In this document: in pieces, positions 9,056-17,739 of the stretch
Layout of the letters: each line of letters begins with the position of its first letter
Numbering within the stretch: the first letter of the stretch is position 1
Source of the DNA: Methanopyrus kandleri AV19
Lineage (GTDB): Archaea > JAADCQ01 > Methanopyri > Methanopyrales > Methanopyraceae
Assembly (NCBI RefSeq): GCF_000007185.1
Contig: NC_003551.1
Coordinates: 660,001-692,000 of the forward strand
Direction: 5' to 3'
DNA length: 32,000 bases
Notes under the pieces: model-generated
The model's input: only the letters and a program-made list of their open reading frames with translations
Databases searched by the model: none
Told to the model about the DNA's origin: nothing
Position numbers and translations under genes: made by a program

Positions 9056-10330
9056 CTAAACCTTAGGCTCCGCCGATTTGAATATGAACAGGAATATCCC
9101 CGCCATCACGCCGACCATTCCTGCTATCATTGGCCCGAATAGAGGCGGTGGCACTAGGAAGGCCCCGGACAGGTTCGCCGCCAGGAGCATCGCGACCGTT
9201 ACGAGGGTCGGTATTACGAGGGTCAGCATTATGTACGGGAACGCCAACGCTTGGAGTTTGTGTCCGTACTCCCTGTAACGTTGACGTAGCTCGTGGGCGA
9301 TCTCATCTGCGAGGGTCATCAATGTCTTCGCGATATTCGCGCCTGATTCCATGGCTTGGGTGATGAATCTGACCATAGTTCTTAGTCCATCTACGTTCCA
9401 TCGGTTGGCCATCCGCTGCAAGGCGACATTAATCGGGGTTCCGCTGTTGATCTCTCGGATTACCCTTTCGAACTCCTCGGAGAGCGCTCCGTAGTCGGAT
9501 TCCGAGATACTCTTCATGGATTCTATAAGCGACAGTCCAGCCGACACCTCGGTGGCCATTTGGCGGATGGCGTACGGGAGTTGCCGCGCGATCTCGCCTT
9601 CTCGTCGCCTGATGAGGATAGTGACCATCATCCTCGGTACCACCATGCCCAGGAGGAAGCTCATGATCGGGCCCAGCACCTTGAGCGGTAGCGGTAACGG
9701 GAAGAGCGCCGCCGGAACCGACGTCAAAACGACTCCCATCAAGCCGCTGATGATCATGAACGTCGCGAAGGCCGCGGGAGATATCCTGAGTCCGGCCTTC
9801 TGTAGGACCTCTCTGTCGGGTGCCAATCCCCTGAACCTGTTTCCGAGTGTTGGGCTGAGGGACTGCACCATTTCGATCAACGTTTCCAGGACGTTAGCCC
9901 GCTCCCTGCACAGCCTGCGTAGCCTCTCGTTGATTTCCTCGGCGGTCCGGTCCCGCTCTCCTTCCTCCTCTATGCCCAGGACTATCCGCTTGATCTTCTC
10001 GACGTCCTCTCCCTGTTCCCCGCGTACCGCGTGCCGGGCTGCCCTGACCTTGGCCGTGAGACTAGACTCGAGACGTCCTCCTAACATTCTGCTCGTACTC
10101 TCACGGAGCTTCTCAGCTAGTCCAGAGAACGACGGTAAGCTCAGCGGGAGTCCTCCACCCGCCCCGGACGGTGTCGACTCCTTTACCTTCTGTACCTGTC
10201 TAGTTACCATGAACACGACGTACTCCGCGTACAGACCTACGCGTTCAGCCACTCCCGTCACGTAGAGGACTACCGCGCCGCCGACTCCCACGCCGATGAT
10301 CGTGAGTAGAGTCTCAGGGGACGGGAGCAA
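9056..10330 (-). CDS. TadB-like pilus assembly membrane protein
   Basis: T2SF features: LPYAIRQMATEVSAGLSLIESMKSISESDYGALSEEFERVIREINSG and terminal transmembrane segments. Paralogous to the adjacent 8048..9043 gene. Confidence 0.8.
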   Translation of the reverse strand: MLPSPETLLTIIGVGVGGAVVLYVTGVAERVGLYAEYVVFMVTRQVQKVKESTPSGAGGGLPLSLPSFSGLAEKLRESTSRMLGGRLESSLTAKVRAARHAVRGEQGEDVEKIKRIVLGIEEEGERDRTAEEINERLRRLCRERANVLETLIEMVQSLSPTLGNRFRGLAPDREVLQKAGLRISPAAFATFMIISGLMGVVLTSVPAALFPLPLPLKVLGPIMSFLLGMVVPRMMVTILIRRREGEIARQLPYAIRQMATEVSAGLSLIESMKSISESDYGALSEEFERVIREINSGTPINVALQRMANRWNVDGLRTMVRFITQAMESGANIAKTLMTLADEIAHELRQRYREYGHKLQALAFPYIMLTLVIPTLVTVAMLLAANLSGAFLVPPPLFGPMIAGMVGVMAGIFLFIFKSAEPKV

Positions 10331-10333
10331 CGT

Positions 10334-12142
10334 TTAGTACCCCGAGATGCCCACCTTCTCCAGCACCGACTCTCTGTTCTTGTAGAACTCGTGTATGAAC
10401 TCCCCGACCTCCCTCACGTGCCTGATATTATTGTCGACCAAGTACTTCAAGATTCGCTTACGTATCTCAATTTCATGGAGTATTTCGTCCATACTCATTC
10501 CGGTTTTCTCCTGAATCTTCTTGAAGACCATGCTAGGTACTTCGGTACTCGTAACCTCATCAGTTTCAGGCTTCCACTCGAACACCGTGTTCAGCTGGAC
10601 GGTGTCACCCTCCATTCCGGCGATTTCCGAGATCTCCGTGATACGTCGAATTGATCCGGACCCACGCTGGAGGAACCTATTCTGCATCACTATAATGTCG
10701 AGCGCTGGGATCATAATCTTTGGGACGTTCATGGGTTCATTGGTGAGTCTGGTGATAGTTTCACGAGCTGTGTTAGCGTGTAAGGTACCCATACAACCGT
10801 CATGTCCCGTATTCATAGCGGTGAACAATGTACGTGCTTCGGGACCTCGCACCTCTCCCACTATAATCCTATCAGGCCGCTGTCGGAGTGTGTTCTTTAC
10901 GAGATCATCCATAGTAATTTCGCCACGACCTTCAACGTTAGGTGGTTTGGTCGTCAGTCGTACCCAGTGTTCGTGAGGAAGTTGGAGCTCGAGAGTGTCC
11001 TCAATAGTGATCACTCTCTCCTCCGGAGGGATGAAAATACAGAGACAGTTTAAAGTCGTAGTTTTACCACTACCTGTACCTCCAGCAATTAGAATGTTCG
11101 CCCCATATTCAACGGCTAGCCACAAATATGCCGCAGCTTCATAACTCATAGTTCCAAACTTGATTATGTCAGTTATCGTCAGTGGATCCTCTCTAAACTT
11201 ACGAATTGTAAGCGTGGGACCGTCCGGACTCACCGGAGGGATAGTGGCATTCACTCGACTGCCATCCGGTAAATGCGCATCGAGAAGTGGGTTTTCCTGA
11301 TCTATTCTTCGACCTGATTCTCGCGAAATCCGCTCGATCACCGTGCGAATTGAACGTGAAGTGACTCGGAAATTGCATAGACACATTCCATGATCACGGT
11401 CATATACGTAAATGAAGCAATGCTTGGCAGTACCACCGAGTACGACCTCAGGTACTACCATTATCTCCTCTAGATTGTCGTCTTTCAACAGCGGATGTAT
11501 CTCCTTGTACCCAACCATTTCATACATAAGTAAATGGGCTAAATCATCCTTAACAACTTCAAGTTCTGGGTACTCCTCTAACACTGCGTCGAAGTTCTCC
11601 TTCACTAGCTCGACAAACGCCTTTTCTCTCTCTTTAAGGGTCGCGTATTCCGTCGGATCGAAGTCGATATTCATCGATAGAATATCCTTAATCTCGTCAA
11701 GAACTTTCCGAAACTCTTCGTCATCACGGGCGTACGGTGGAGCCTGTGATCCCAGGCGTTTTAGAACTTGTGTCCTAATACGTTCGAAGTTGTAGTACTG
11801 CTCGTACTCTTTCGATATGTATACTGGCACCGGTTGATCCGGGTACTCCACGATCCTGCGGATGTTGTCGTCACACAGTATCTTCCCTTCCCATCCCTCC
11901 CTCTCCGCCAGTTCGTGCGCTTCCAGGACCTCCGCGGCTTTCTCGGATGACAGTGGGGAGATCTTCGATTCCTCAGCCTCGTAGTGCTCTCCACTGGCTT
12001 CGGCGGTTTCCTCGACGGTCTCGGGGCTTTCCGACTTCGACTCTTCCTCCTTCTCCCCTAATATGTCGCGGAGGAGGTCGTCCTCCTCCAGGCCCCCGAT
12101 CAGGTCTTTGATGTTCCTTTTCCGGGGCACCGTCCACACCAC
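10334..12142 (-). CDS. Type II/IV secretion system ATPase, TadA/VirB11-like
   Basis: Walker A GGTGSGKTTTL, Walker B-like RPDRIIVGEVRGPEA, DDxEEIMVV, GHDGCMGTLHANTARET. Confidence 0.92.
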   Translation of the reverse strand: MVWTVPRKRNIKDLIGGLEEDDLLRDILGEKEEESKSESPETVEETAEASGEHYEAEESKISPLSSEKAAEVLEAHELAEREGWEGKILCDDNIRRIVEYPDQPVPVYISKEYEQYYNFERIRTQVLKRLGSQAPPYARDDEEFRKVLDEIKDILSMNIDFDPTEYATLKEREKAFVELVKENFDAVLEEYPELEVVKDDLAHLLMYEMVGYKEIHPLLKDDNLEEIMVVPEVVLGGTAKHCFIYVYDRDHGMCLCNFRVTSRSIRTVIERISRESGRRIDQENPLLDAHLPDGSRVNATIPPVSPDGPTLTIRKFREDPLTITDIIKFGTMSYEAAAYLWLAVEYGANILIAGGTGSGKTTTLNCLCIFIPPEERVITIEDTLELQLPHEHWVRLTTKPPNVEGRGEITMDDLVKNTLRQRPDRIIVGEVRGPEARTLFTAMNTGHDGCMGTLHANTARETITRLTNEPMNVPKIMIPALDIIVMQNRFLQRGSGSIRRITEISEIAGMEGDTVQLNTVFEWKPETDEVTSTEVPSMVFKKIQEKTGMSMDEILHEIEIRKRILKYLVDNNIRHVREVGEFIHEFYKNRESVLEKVGISGY

Positions 12143-12150
12143 CTTCGGTG

Positions 12151-13917
12151 TTATAGCTCCAGGTCCTTAAGTAGGTCGTCTACGTCTTCGATGTCCTCCG
12201 TTTCTTCCTCAATGATCTCTGTCTCTCGCTCTTCTTTCCCAGTTTCGGGTTCTACTCCCACGCCTTCGGTGGTCTCTTCCTCCTCGGCGCCTTCCATGAG
12301 CTCTTCCATCGTCGTTGCCTCCGCGAGGACCGAGGCCCGGAACGTACCCACTACTTCGACGTCGGTGAACTCTATGCCCCACTCACGCAGGAGACTGATG
12401 AACCGTGTCGGGGTCGTTCCCTCCAAGTCCACGTATACGTCGGTCCCCATGGGCGAAACCGTACGGACACCCGGAATTTTCTCGATCTCGTTCACGTCCT
12501 CTTCAGTCACTCCTTTCACCACTATCGTCGTCACCGGAACCTCCGTCTCCTCGGTGCCGAACTTGTCGAGGTCCGCACCTTTACGCTGCAGGGTCAATAC
12601 GATGTGCTTTCTCAGCGCCTTCTCGACGATCTCGCCGTCTATGACGTCTTTACCCTCCTGAATGCGGATCGCCTGGGCGAGCTGTGCGATGTCTCGGGCG
12701 TAGGCGAAGGTAGGTTTCAAACCCCAGCCTCCCTCTTCTTCGGGCGTGAACGCCCGGCGGTAGGTCTCCAGTGCGTCCTCGGTGTATTCCTCGCCCATCT
12801 CATCAAGCCGCTTTCTGAACAGGTTCACGGCTTCTTCCAGGGGTGGGTGGGACAGATGCACGAACAAGGGGGCACGACGCAGGTGCGCCTCGTCGAACAC
12901 CGTGATCGGTAGGTTCGTCGAGAACGCCGCGATGAAGTCGCAGAACACCTCGACCGCGGTGCCGCCGACGTGGACGATGTCCTTCTTGTTCTCCATCGGT
13001 ACGATCAACCTGTTCAGGATGGCGATGTGAGAGTCCCTCTGACGCCCCACGTCGTCCACGAGGAACACGCCACCGTGGGCTTTCACGTGTGGCGGTACCT
13101 CGTAGACGCCCTTCTCCGCGTCGTACCGACCTTGGAGGTCGTCGAGGGTGAGTTCCGCGCCAGTGAACACGAACGGGGCGTGGATCTTTACCCAGCGCTC
13201 GTCCCCGGGCTGCTCCCGTCGGGGCCTCGGCTCGTGGAAGTCCGGGTCGTAGAGCTGCAGCACGCTACCCGCCACGTACACGGCTTTCGGGATCACGATA
13301 GGGGGTAGTAACTTCGCCATTCGGCTGAGCGTGAACGTCTTACCCGTACCCGGTGGTCCGAAGACGACGAGACCCCTCCCGCTGGTCGCCGCGAGGTAGT
13401 ACGTCCGCTTGGCTTCCTCCGCTCCGATTACGTCGTGGAAGGCGTACTCGTACACCTCCTCGGGGATCTCGATGGGGTATCGACCCTCCACTTGGTCCCC
13501 TACAACCTCTTGGTACATGTCGTAGGGGACGGGACACACGCCGATGTACGGGTCTTCGCTCATGATGTTCGCGGCCAGCTCGCGCCCCTTAGGAGTCACG
13601 TCGAAAGTGGTGTTCTGGAACATCGGCCCTCCACCGGTGTGACCCACCAACTTCCGATCCTGAAGCTCGTCGACGATCTCCTCCAGGATGGGGATCGGAA
13701 TCCGTGTGACTTCGTAGATCTCCCTCCCTTCCACCGGTCCTCGGTCCGCGATGACCTTGAGCACGAGGTTCTCGATGTACTCCTCGGGTAAGCCCAGATC
13801 CTCTATCGATTTGGGTTTGGCCAACGACTCCACTACTTCGACTATTTCCGGCCGGTTGTAATACTCCTCGACGGCCTTGAGGATCTCGGGGGGTAGGTCC
13901 TCGGCCAACCCGTTCAC
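12151..13917 (-). CDS. AAA+ family ATPase with acidic C-terminal tail, in pilus operon
   Basis: Walker A VVFGPPGTGKTFTL, HGGVFLVDDVGRQRD (Walker B), winged-helix-like N-terminus, tail EEETTEGVGVEPETGKEERETEIIEEETEDIEDVDDLLKDLEL. Confidence 0.8.
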   Translation of the reverse strand: MNGLAEDLPPEILKAVEEYYNRPEIVEVVESLAKPKSIEDLGLPEEYIENLVLKVIADRGPVEGREIYEVTRIPIPILEEIVDELQDRKLVGHTGGGPMFQNTTFDVTPKGRELAANIMSEDPYIGVCPVPYDMYQEVVGDQVEGRYPIEIPEEVYEYAFHDVIGAEEAKRTYYLAATSGRGLVVFGPPGTGKTFTLSRMAKLLPPIVIPKAVYVAGSVLQLYDPDFHEPRPRREQPGDERWVKIHAPFVFTGAELTLDDLQGRYDAEKGVYEVPPHVKAHGGVFLVDDVGRQRDSHIAILNRLIVPMENKKDIVHVGGTAVEVFCDFIAAFSTNLPITVFDEAHLRRAPLFVHLSHPPLEEAVNLFRKRLDEMGEEYTEDALETYRRAFTPEEEGGWGLKPTFAYARDIAQLAQAIRIQEGKDVIDGEIVEKALRKHIVLTLQRKGADLDKFGTEETEVPVTTIVVKGVTEEDVNEIEKIPGVRTVSPMGTDVYVDLEGTTPTRFISLLREWGIEFTDVEVVGTFRASVLAEATTMEELMEGAEEEETTEGVGVEPETGKEERETEIIEEETEDIEDVDDLLKDLEL

Positions 13918-14522
13918 CCCGGCGCCCGAAGTACCCAGTAACCCCCTCCCCTCGCGGCGACCTCCGCCGACCCGAAAACAGTACGCATCTCAGACAAAAT
14001 CCTTTTCGAGCCCATTTTACGGCGAACCACCAGCCAAAGCTCGCCGTCTTCGGTTAGATGGTTCGGAGCTTCTCTCACTATTCTCAGAACTAAGTCCAAT
14101 CCCTCGCGAATGGGTGGGTTGGACACGATCCTGTCGAACTCCTCATCCTCAACGGGATCGTAGAGGCTACCCTCCCGCACCTCGGTGATATCCTCCACGT
14201 CGTTCAGCCGACGGTTCTCATTCGCAAGCCATATAGCCCTCCGGTTCACGTCCGTCATCACCACGTGCCCTTCTCCCAGCTCTTTGGCCGCCACGATCCC
14301 TAAAACTCCGTATCCACAACCCAAGTCCAGGACGCTGTGTACTCCTTCGAGGTCCATGTTCTCCGCGAGAAGTTGCGTCCCTGGATCGATCCTCCTCCAC
14401 GAGAACACGCCGGGGGCAGTGAGGAACCTGTACTCCCGCCCTCGAATACGCGCGATGATCATCCCTAGTTCTTCTCTGCTCGGCTTTCCACGCCCGGAAT
14501 AGGGCGCTCGCAAAGTCTCCAC
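13914..14522 (-). CDS. MJ0882/RsmC-like class I SAM-dependent methyltransferase
   Basis: YRFLTAPGVFSWRRIDPGTQLLAENM...VLDLGCGYGVLGIVA...VSNPPIREG. The listed ORF start (14600) lies inside the tRNA gene, so a start near GTG 14522 is more likely; the exact start is uncertain. Confidence 0.8.
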   Translation of the reverse strand: METLRAPYSGRGKPSREELGMIIARIRGREYRFLTAPGVFSWRRIDPGTQLLAENMDLEGVHSVLDLGCGYGVLGIVAAKELGEGHVVMTDVNRRAIWLANENRRLNDVEDITEVREGSLYDPVEDEEFDRIVSNPPIREGLDLVLRIVREAPNHLTEDGELWLVVRRKMGSKRILSEMRTVFGSAEVAARGGGYWVLRAPG

Positions 14523-14558
14523 CCTTTTCGTTACAATTATCGTAACGATCTCCGGTGG

Positions 14559-14645
14559 TGCGGGGGCCGGGATTTGAACCCGGGACGGCCCTACGGCCAC
14601 GGGATCCTAAGTCCCGCCCCTTTGACCAGGCTCGGGCGCCCCCGC
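14559..14645 (-). tRNA. tRNA-Leu (UAG anticodon), CCA encoded (14556-14558)
   Basis: Minus strand GCGGGGGCGCCCGAGCCTGGTCAAAGGGGCGGGACTTAGGATCCCGTGGCCGTAGGGCCGTCCCGGGTTCAAATCCCGGCCCCCGCA-CCA. 7-bp acceptor GCGGGGG/CCCCCGC, anticodon loop CTTAGGA with TAG at 14607-14609, long variable arm, GGGTTCAAATCCC T-arm. Confidence 0.97.
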
Positions 14646-14670
14646 GCCGGTCGAGCTCCTACCTCCTTCT

Positions 14671-14686
14671 AGCTCTTATTAACTTT
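14671..14686 (-). promoter_or_regulatory. Candidate TATA element for tRNA-Leu transcription unit
   Basis: Minus strand ATAAAGTTAATAAGAG about 27-40 nt upstream of the tRNA 5' end. Confidence 0.4.
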
Positions 14687-15104
14687 ATCCCCCGGCTGTT
14701 TCCCCAAGAAGTGGGAGTCCATGATCGGCCACCCGTAGCCGCTCCAGCCTGTGTTATATAATTGTGATTCGAGGAACATTAAGCCAATTTTATAGTGTAT
14801 AATTAGGATTAAAGAACAGCTTCTGTCCCCTAACGACTTATGTTTACAACGCTTGTTGATTTCATGATCTCTTAACCTACTAGACACTTCTTTGACGGAA
14901 ATATCATCACCAATATGATGCATCATTACACTATAATGAAGATGTAACAATCGGATAGGCTAACTGGAAACCCGTAATAAAACCGATCGCAAACTGGCGG
15001 TGGGCAAAGATAACTGGGGCACGTGGACGCGAGAAACATTACGGAGCCCGGGAGGAACAGCGCGAGTCTGAGACGGCAACCGTCGCGGATCACCGCACCC
15101 CACC

Positions 15105-16409
15105 TCACGGGTGCAGGCGTTTGCGGTCCCGCGGGAACAGGGTTACCTCACGGATGTTCTCGGCGCCCGTGATGGTCATCAGGGTGCGCTCCAGTCCGAG
15201 ACCCCACCCGCCGTGCGGTGGCATACCGTACTTGAAGGCCTCCAGGTAGTGCCGGAAGTCCTCGGGGCTCAGCCCCTGCTCTTCGATCTGCCGGACGAGC
15301 ACGTCGTAACGGTGTTCCCGCTGGGCCCCGGAGGCGAGCTCCAATCCCTGATACATCAGGTCGAACGCCGTCGTCACCTCGTCGTCCTTGGCCATCGTGT
15401 AGAAGGGTCTGGTCTCCCTAGGCCATTCGGTGATGAAGAACGGCTCCTCAAAGATCTCCCCTAGCTTGCGCTCGGCCTCGGTAGGTAGGTCCTCGCCCCA
15501 CTCGACCTCGATACCGTGCTCGGACAGCAGGTCTAGGGTCTCCTCGTACGTTATACGCTCGAACGGTGTCTCCAGCTCCGGTAGCTCCCGATCCAATGCC
15601 TCAAGCTCCTTCTCACATTCCTCCCGCACCTTCCGGAAGACGTGCGCCAGGAGCTCCTCGAGTACCCGCATCACGTCCTCCTCGCTCTCTATGAACGACA
15701 TCTCGATGTCCACGGAGATGGCCTCGTTGAGGTGTCGCCGCGTGTTGTGCTCCTCCGCGCGGAAGATGGGCCCGATCTCGTAAACGCGCTCGAAGCCCGC
15801 GGCCATGAGCATCTGCTTGTAAAGCTGTGGGCTCTGCGCCAGGTACGCATCCCTCTCGAAGTACACCACCGGGAACAGCTCGGTACCACCTTCCGTCGCC
15901 GAGGCGATTATCTTCGGCGTGTGAACTTCGATGAACCCGCGCTCCTCGAGGAACTCCCGGATCGCGGTGGTCACCACGTTCCTGATCTTGAAGATCGCCT
16001 GGGGTTCCTCGCGACGGAGATCCAGTACCCGTGCGTCGAGTCTGGTATCGAGGTCCGCGTCTACCTTACCGGTCGGGTCCAGGGGCAGGTGCGTGTCCGA
16101 CTCCGAGAGTACCTCGATACGTTGCGGGATGACCTCGACGCCTCCCGGAGCCTTCTCGTTCGCCTGGACCGTACCCTCGACACGGATTACCGATTCCTTA
16201 GTGAGCTTCGGCACCTTCTCGAACGTTTCCTTCGGTACCTTCTGCTTGGGAAGCGTCAGCTGTACGATCCCCGTACGATCGCGCAGGAGGACGAACTTGA
16301 TCCCTCCTAGGTCCCTTACCTCGTGCACCCATCCCGCCAGTCTCACCTCCTCTCCGTCCCGCTCGGGAGTGACGTCGGCCGTGTACGCGTCCTTGAGCAC
16401 CTTCCACAC
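15105..16409 (-). CDS. aspS: Aspartate--tRNA ligase (archaeal type)
   Basis: [67 protein letters not shown]. Confidence 0.95.
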   Translation of the reverse strand: MWKVLKDAYTADVTPERDGEEVRLAGWVHEVRDLGGIKFVLLRDRTGIVQLTLPKQKVPKETFEKVPKLTKESVIRVEGTVQANEKAPGGVEVIPQRIEVLSESDTHLPLDPTGKVDADLDTRLDARVLDLRREEPQAIFKIRNVVTTAIREFLEERGFIEVHTPKIIASATEGGTELFPVVYFERDAYLAQSPQLYKQMLMAAGFERVYEIGPIFRAEEHNTRRHLNEAISVDIEMSFIESEEDVMRVLEELLAHVFRKVREECEKELEALDRELPELETPFERITYEETLDLLSEHGIEVEWGEDLPTEAERKLGEIFEEPFFITEWPRETRPFYTMAKDDEVTTAFDLMYQGLELASGAQREHRYDVLVRQIEEQGLSPEDFRHYLEAFKYGMPPHGGWGLGLERTLMTITGAENIREVTLFPRDRKRLHP

Positions 16410-16443
16410 CCCCGTCCGCGCACGTGGCTGCCCTTAAGAACCC

Positions 16444-17739
16444 TCAGGACCTGCGCGCCCTCACCGCCTCCGCGTGGTTCGGTAGGCCCTCACGCTCGGC
16501 CAGCTCCTCGACGATCGGAGCCAGACGCTCCACGTCCCCCTCCCGTAACCGCTGGATCGGGATGATCTTCACGAAGTCCCACGTACCTAGGGCCCCCCTG
16601 GCCCGTGCGAACCCGCCGGTCGGCAGCACGTGGTTGGGGCCCGTGGCGTAGTCCCCGAAGGGTACCGCGGTCAGGTGGCCCACGAAGACGGCGCCCGCGT
16701 TCTCCACGTCCTGTAACAGCTCTTCCGGGTTCTCCACGCACAGCTGTAGGTGTTCCGGGGCGTACCGATTGGCCAGTCGGACGCACTCCTCCAGCGAGTC
16801 GAGCACGACTATCCATCCGTTCCTGTCGAGCGCCTTCAGGACGATCTCCTCCCGCTCTATTCCCGCGTCCAGCAGCTCCTCGACACGCTCCTTCACCGCA
16901 CGGGCTATCTCCTCCGAGTCGGTGGCCAGTACCGCCGCGGCGTGGGGATCGTGTTCCGCTTGGGCGATGAGGTCCCGCGCCAGCCAGTCCGGGTTGGCCG
17001 AGTCGTCCGCGATCACGAACACCTCGGAGGGACCCGCCGGCATGTCCACGTCGGTTAGCCCTCTGGAGTATGCCAGGAGCTTAGCCGCGGTCACGTAGAC
17101 GTTCCCGGGACCCACGATCTTATCGACCCGGAGCACGGTCTCGGTTCCCGCGGCCAGCGCCGCGATGGCCTGCGCGCCGCCGACACGATAAACGGCATCC
17201 GCGCCGGCTATCTCGACCGCCACCAGCACCTCCGGCGAGGCCCGCACGTCGTTATCCGCGGGAGGTGTACACACGACCACCTCGCGACATCCCGCGACGC
17301 GTGCCGGTATCACGGTCATGAGGGCCGTTGACGGGTAGGCCGCGCGCCCACCGGGCACGTAGCACCCTACCCTCGGGATGGGTCGGAGCGTGAGACCGCA
17401 CTCCGTCCCCTCCACGTCGAAGGTGATCCTGTCCACGCGGGGTAGGGTCTTCCTGTGGAACTCCTCGATGCGGTGGGCCGCCTCCTCGAGGGCCTCCACG
17501 GTACGCTCGTCCACGAGCTCGCGGGCGACCTCGAAATCGTCCTCGGATACCCGGAGGTCCTCGGCTTCCAGCTTCACCCCGTCGAACCGTTCGGTGTACT
17601 CCAGTAGCGCCTCGTCACCGCGTTCGACTACGTCCTCGAAGATCCGCTCGACGTCGGGTAGGACCTCCGTCACGTCCATCTCCGACCTGCGTAGGACGCG
17701 TTCCAGCTCTTCCTCTTCAGGTCGCACCAGCAGCCTCAT
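16444..17739 (-). CDS. hisD: Histidinol dehydrogenase
   Basis: VPGGRAAYPSTALMTVIPARVAG, VDKIVGPGNVYVTAAK, AGPSEV, AEHDPHA, GPNHVLPTGG. Start moved to ATG 17739 (MRLLVRPEEEELERVL). Confidence 0.95.
   Translation of the reverse strand: MRLLVRPEEEELERVLRRSEMDVTEVLPDVERIFEDVVERGDEALLEYTERFDGVKLEAEDLRVSEDDFEVARELVDERTVEALEEAAHRIEEFHRKTLPRVDRITFDVEGTECGLTLRPIPRVGCYVPGGRAAYPSTALMTVIPARVAGCREVVVCTPPADNDVRASPEVLVAVEIAGADAVYRVGGAQAIAALAAGTETVLRVDKIVGPGNVYVTAAKLLAYSRGLTDVDMPAGPSEVFVIADDSANPDWLARDLIAQAEHDPHAAAVLATDSEEIARAVKERVEELLDAGIEREEIVLKALDRNGWIVVLDSLEECVRLANRYAPEHLQLCVENPEELLQDVENAGAVFVGHLTAVPFGDYATGPNHVLPTGGFARARGALGTWDFVKIIPIQRLREGDVERLAPIVEELAEREGLPNHAEAVRARRS

Noticed and set aside
9516-10265. 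249-aa plus-strand ORF
   Set aside because: Antisense shadow of the TadB-like gene; Ser-rich, with no recognisable motifs.
14555-14761. 68-aa plus-strand ORF across tRNA-Leu and the N-terminal extension of the methyltransferase ORF to 14600
   Set aside because: Both are translations of tRNA sequence; the tRNA fold is unambiguous.
14669-14950. 93-aa minus-strand ORF taken as an intact gene
   Set aside because: Runs into the tRNA promoter region and lacks coding character in its second half; considered only as a possible relic of a recombinase C-terminus.
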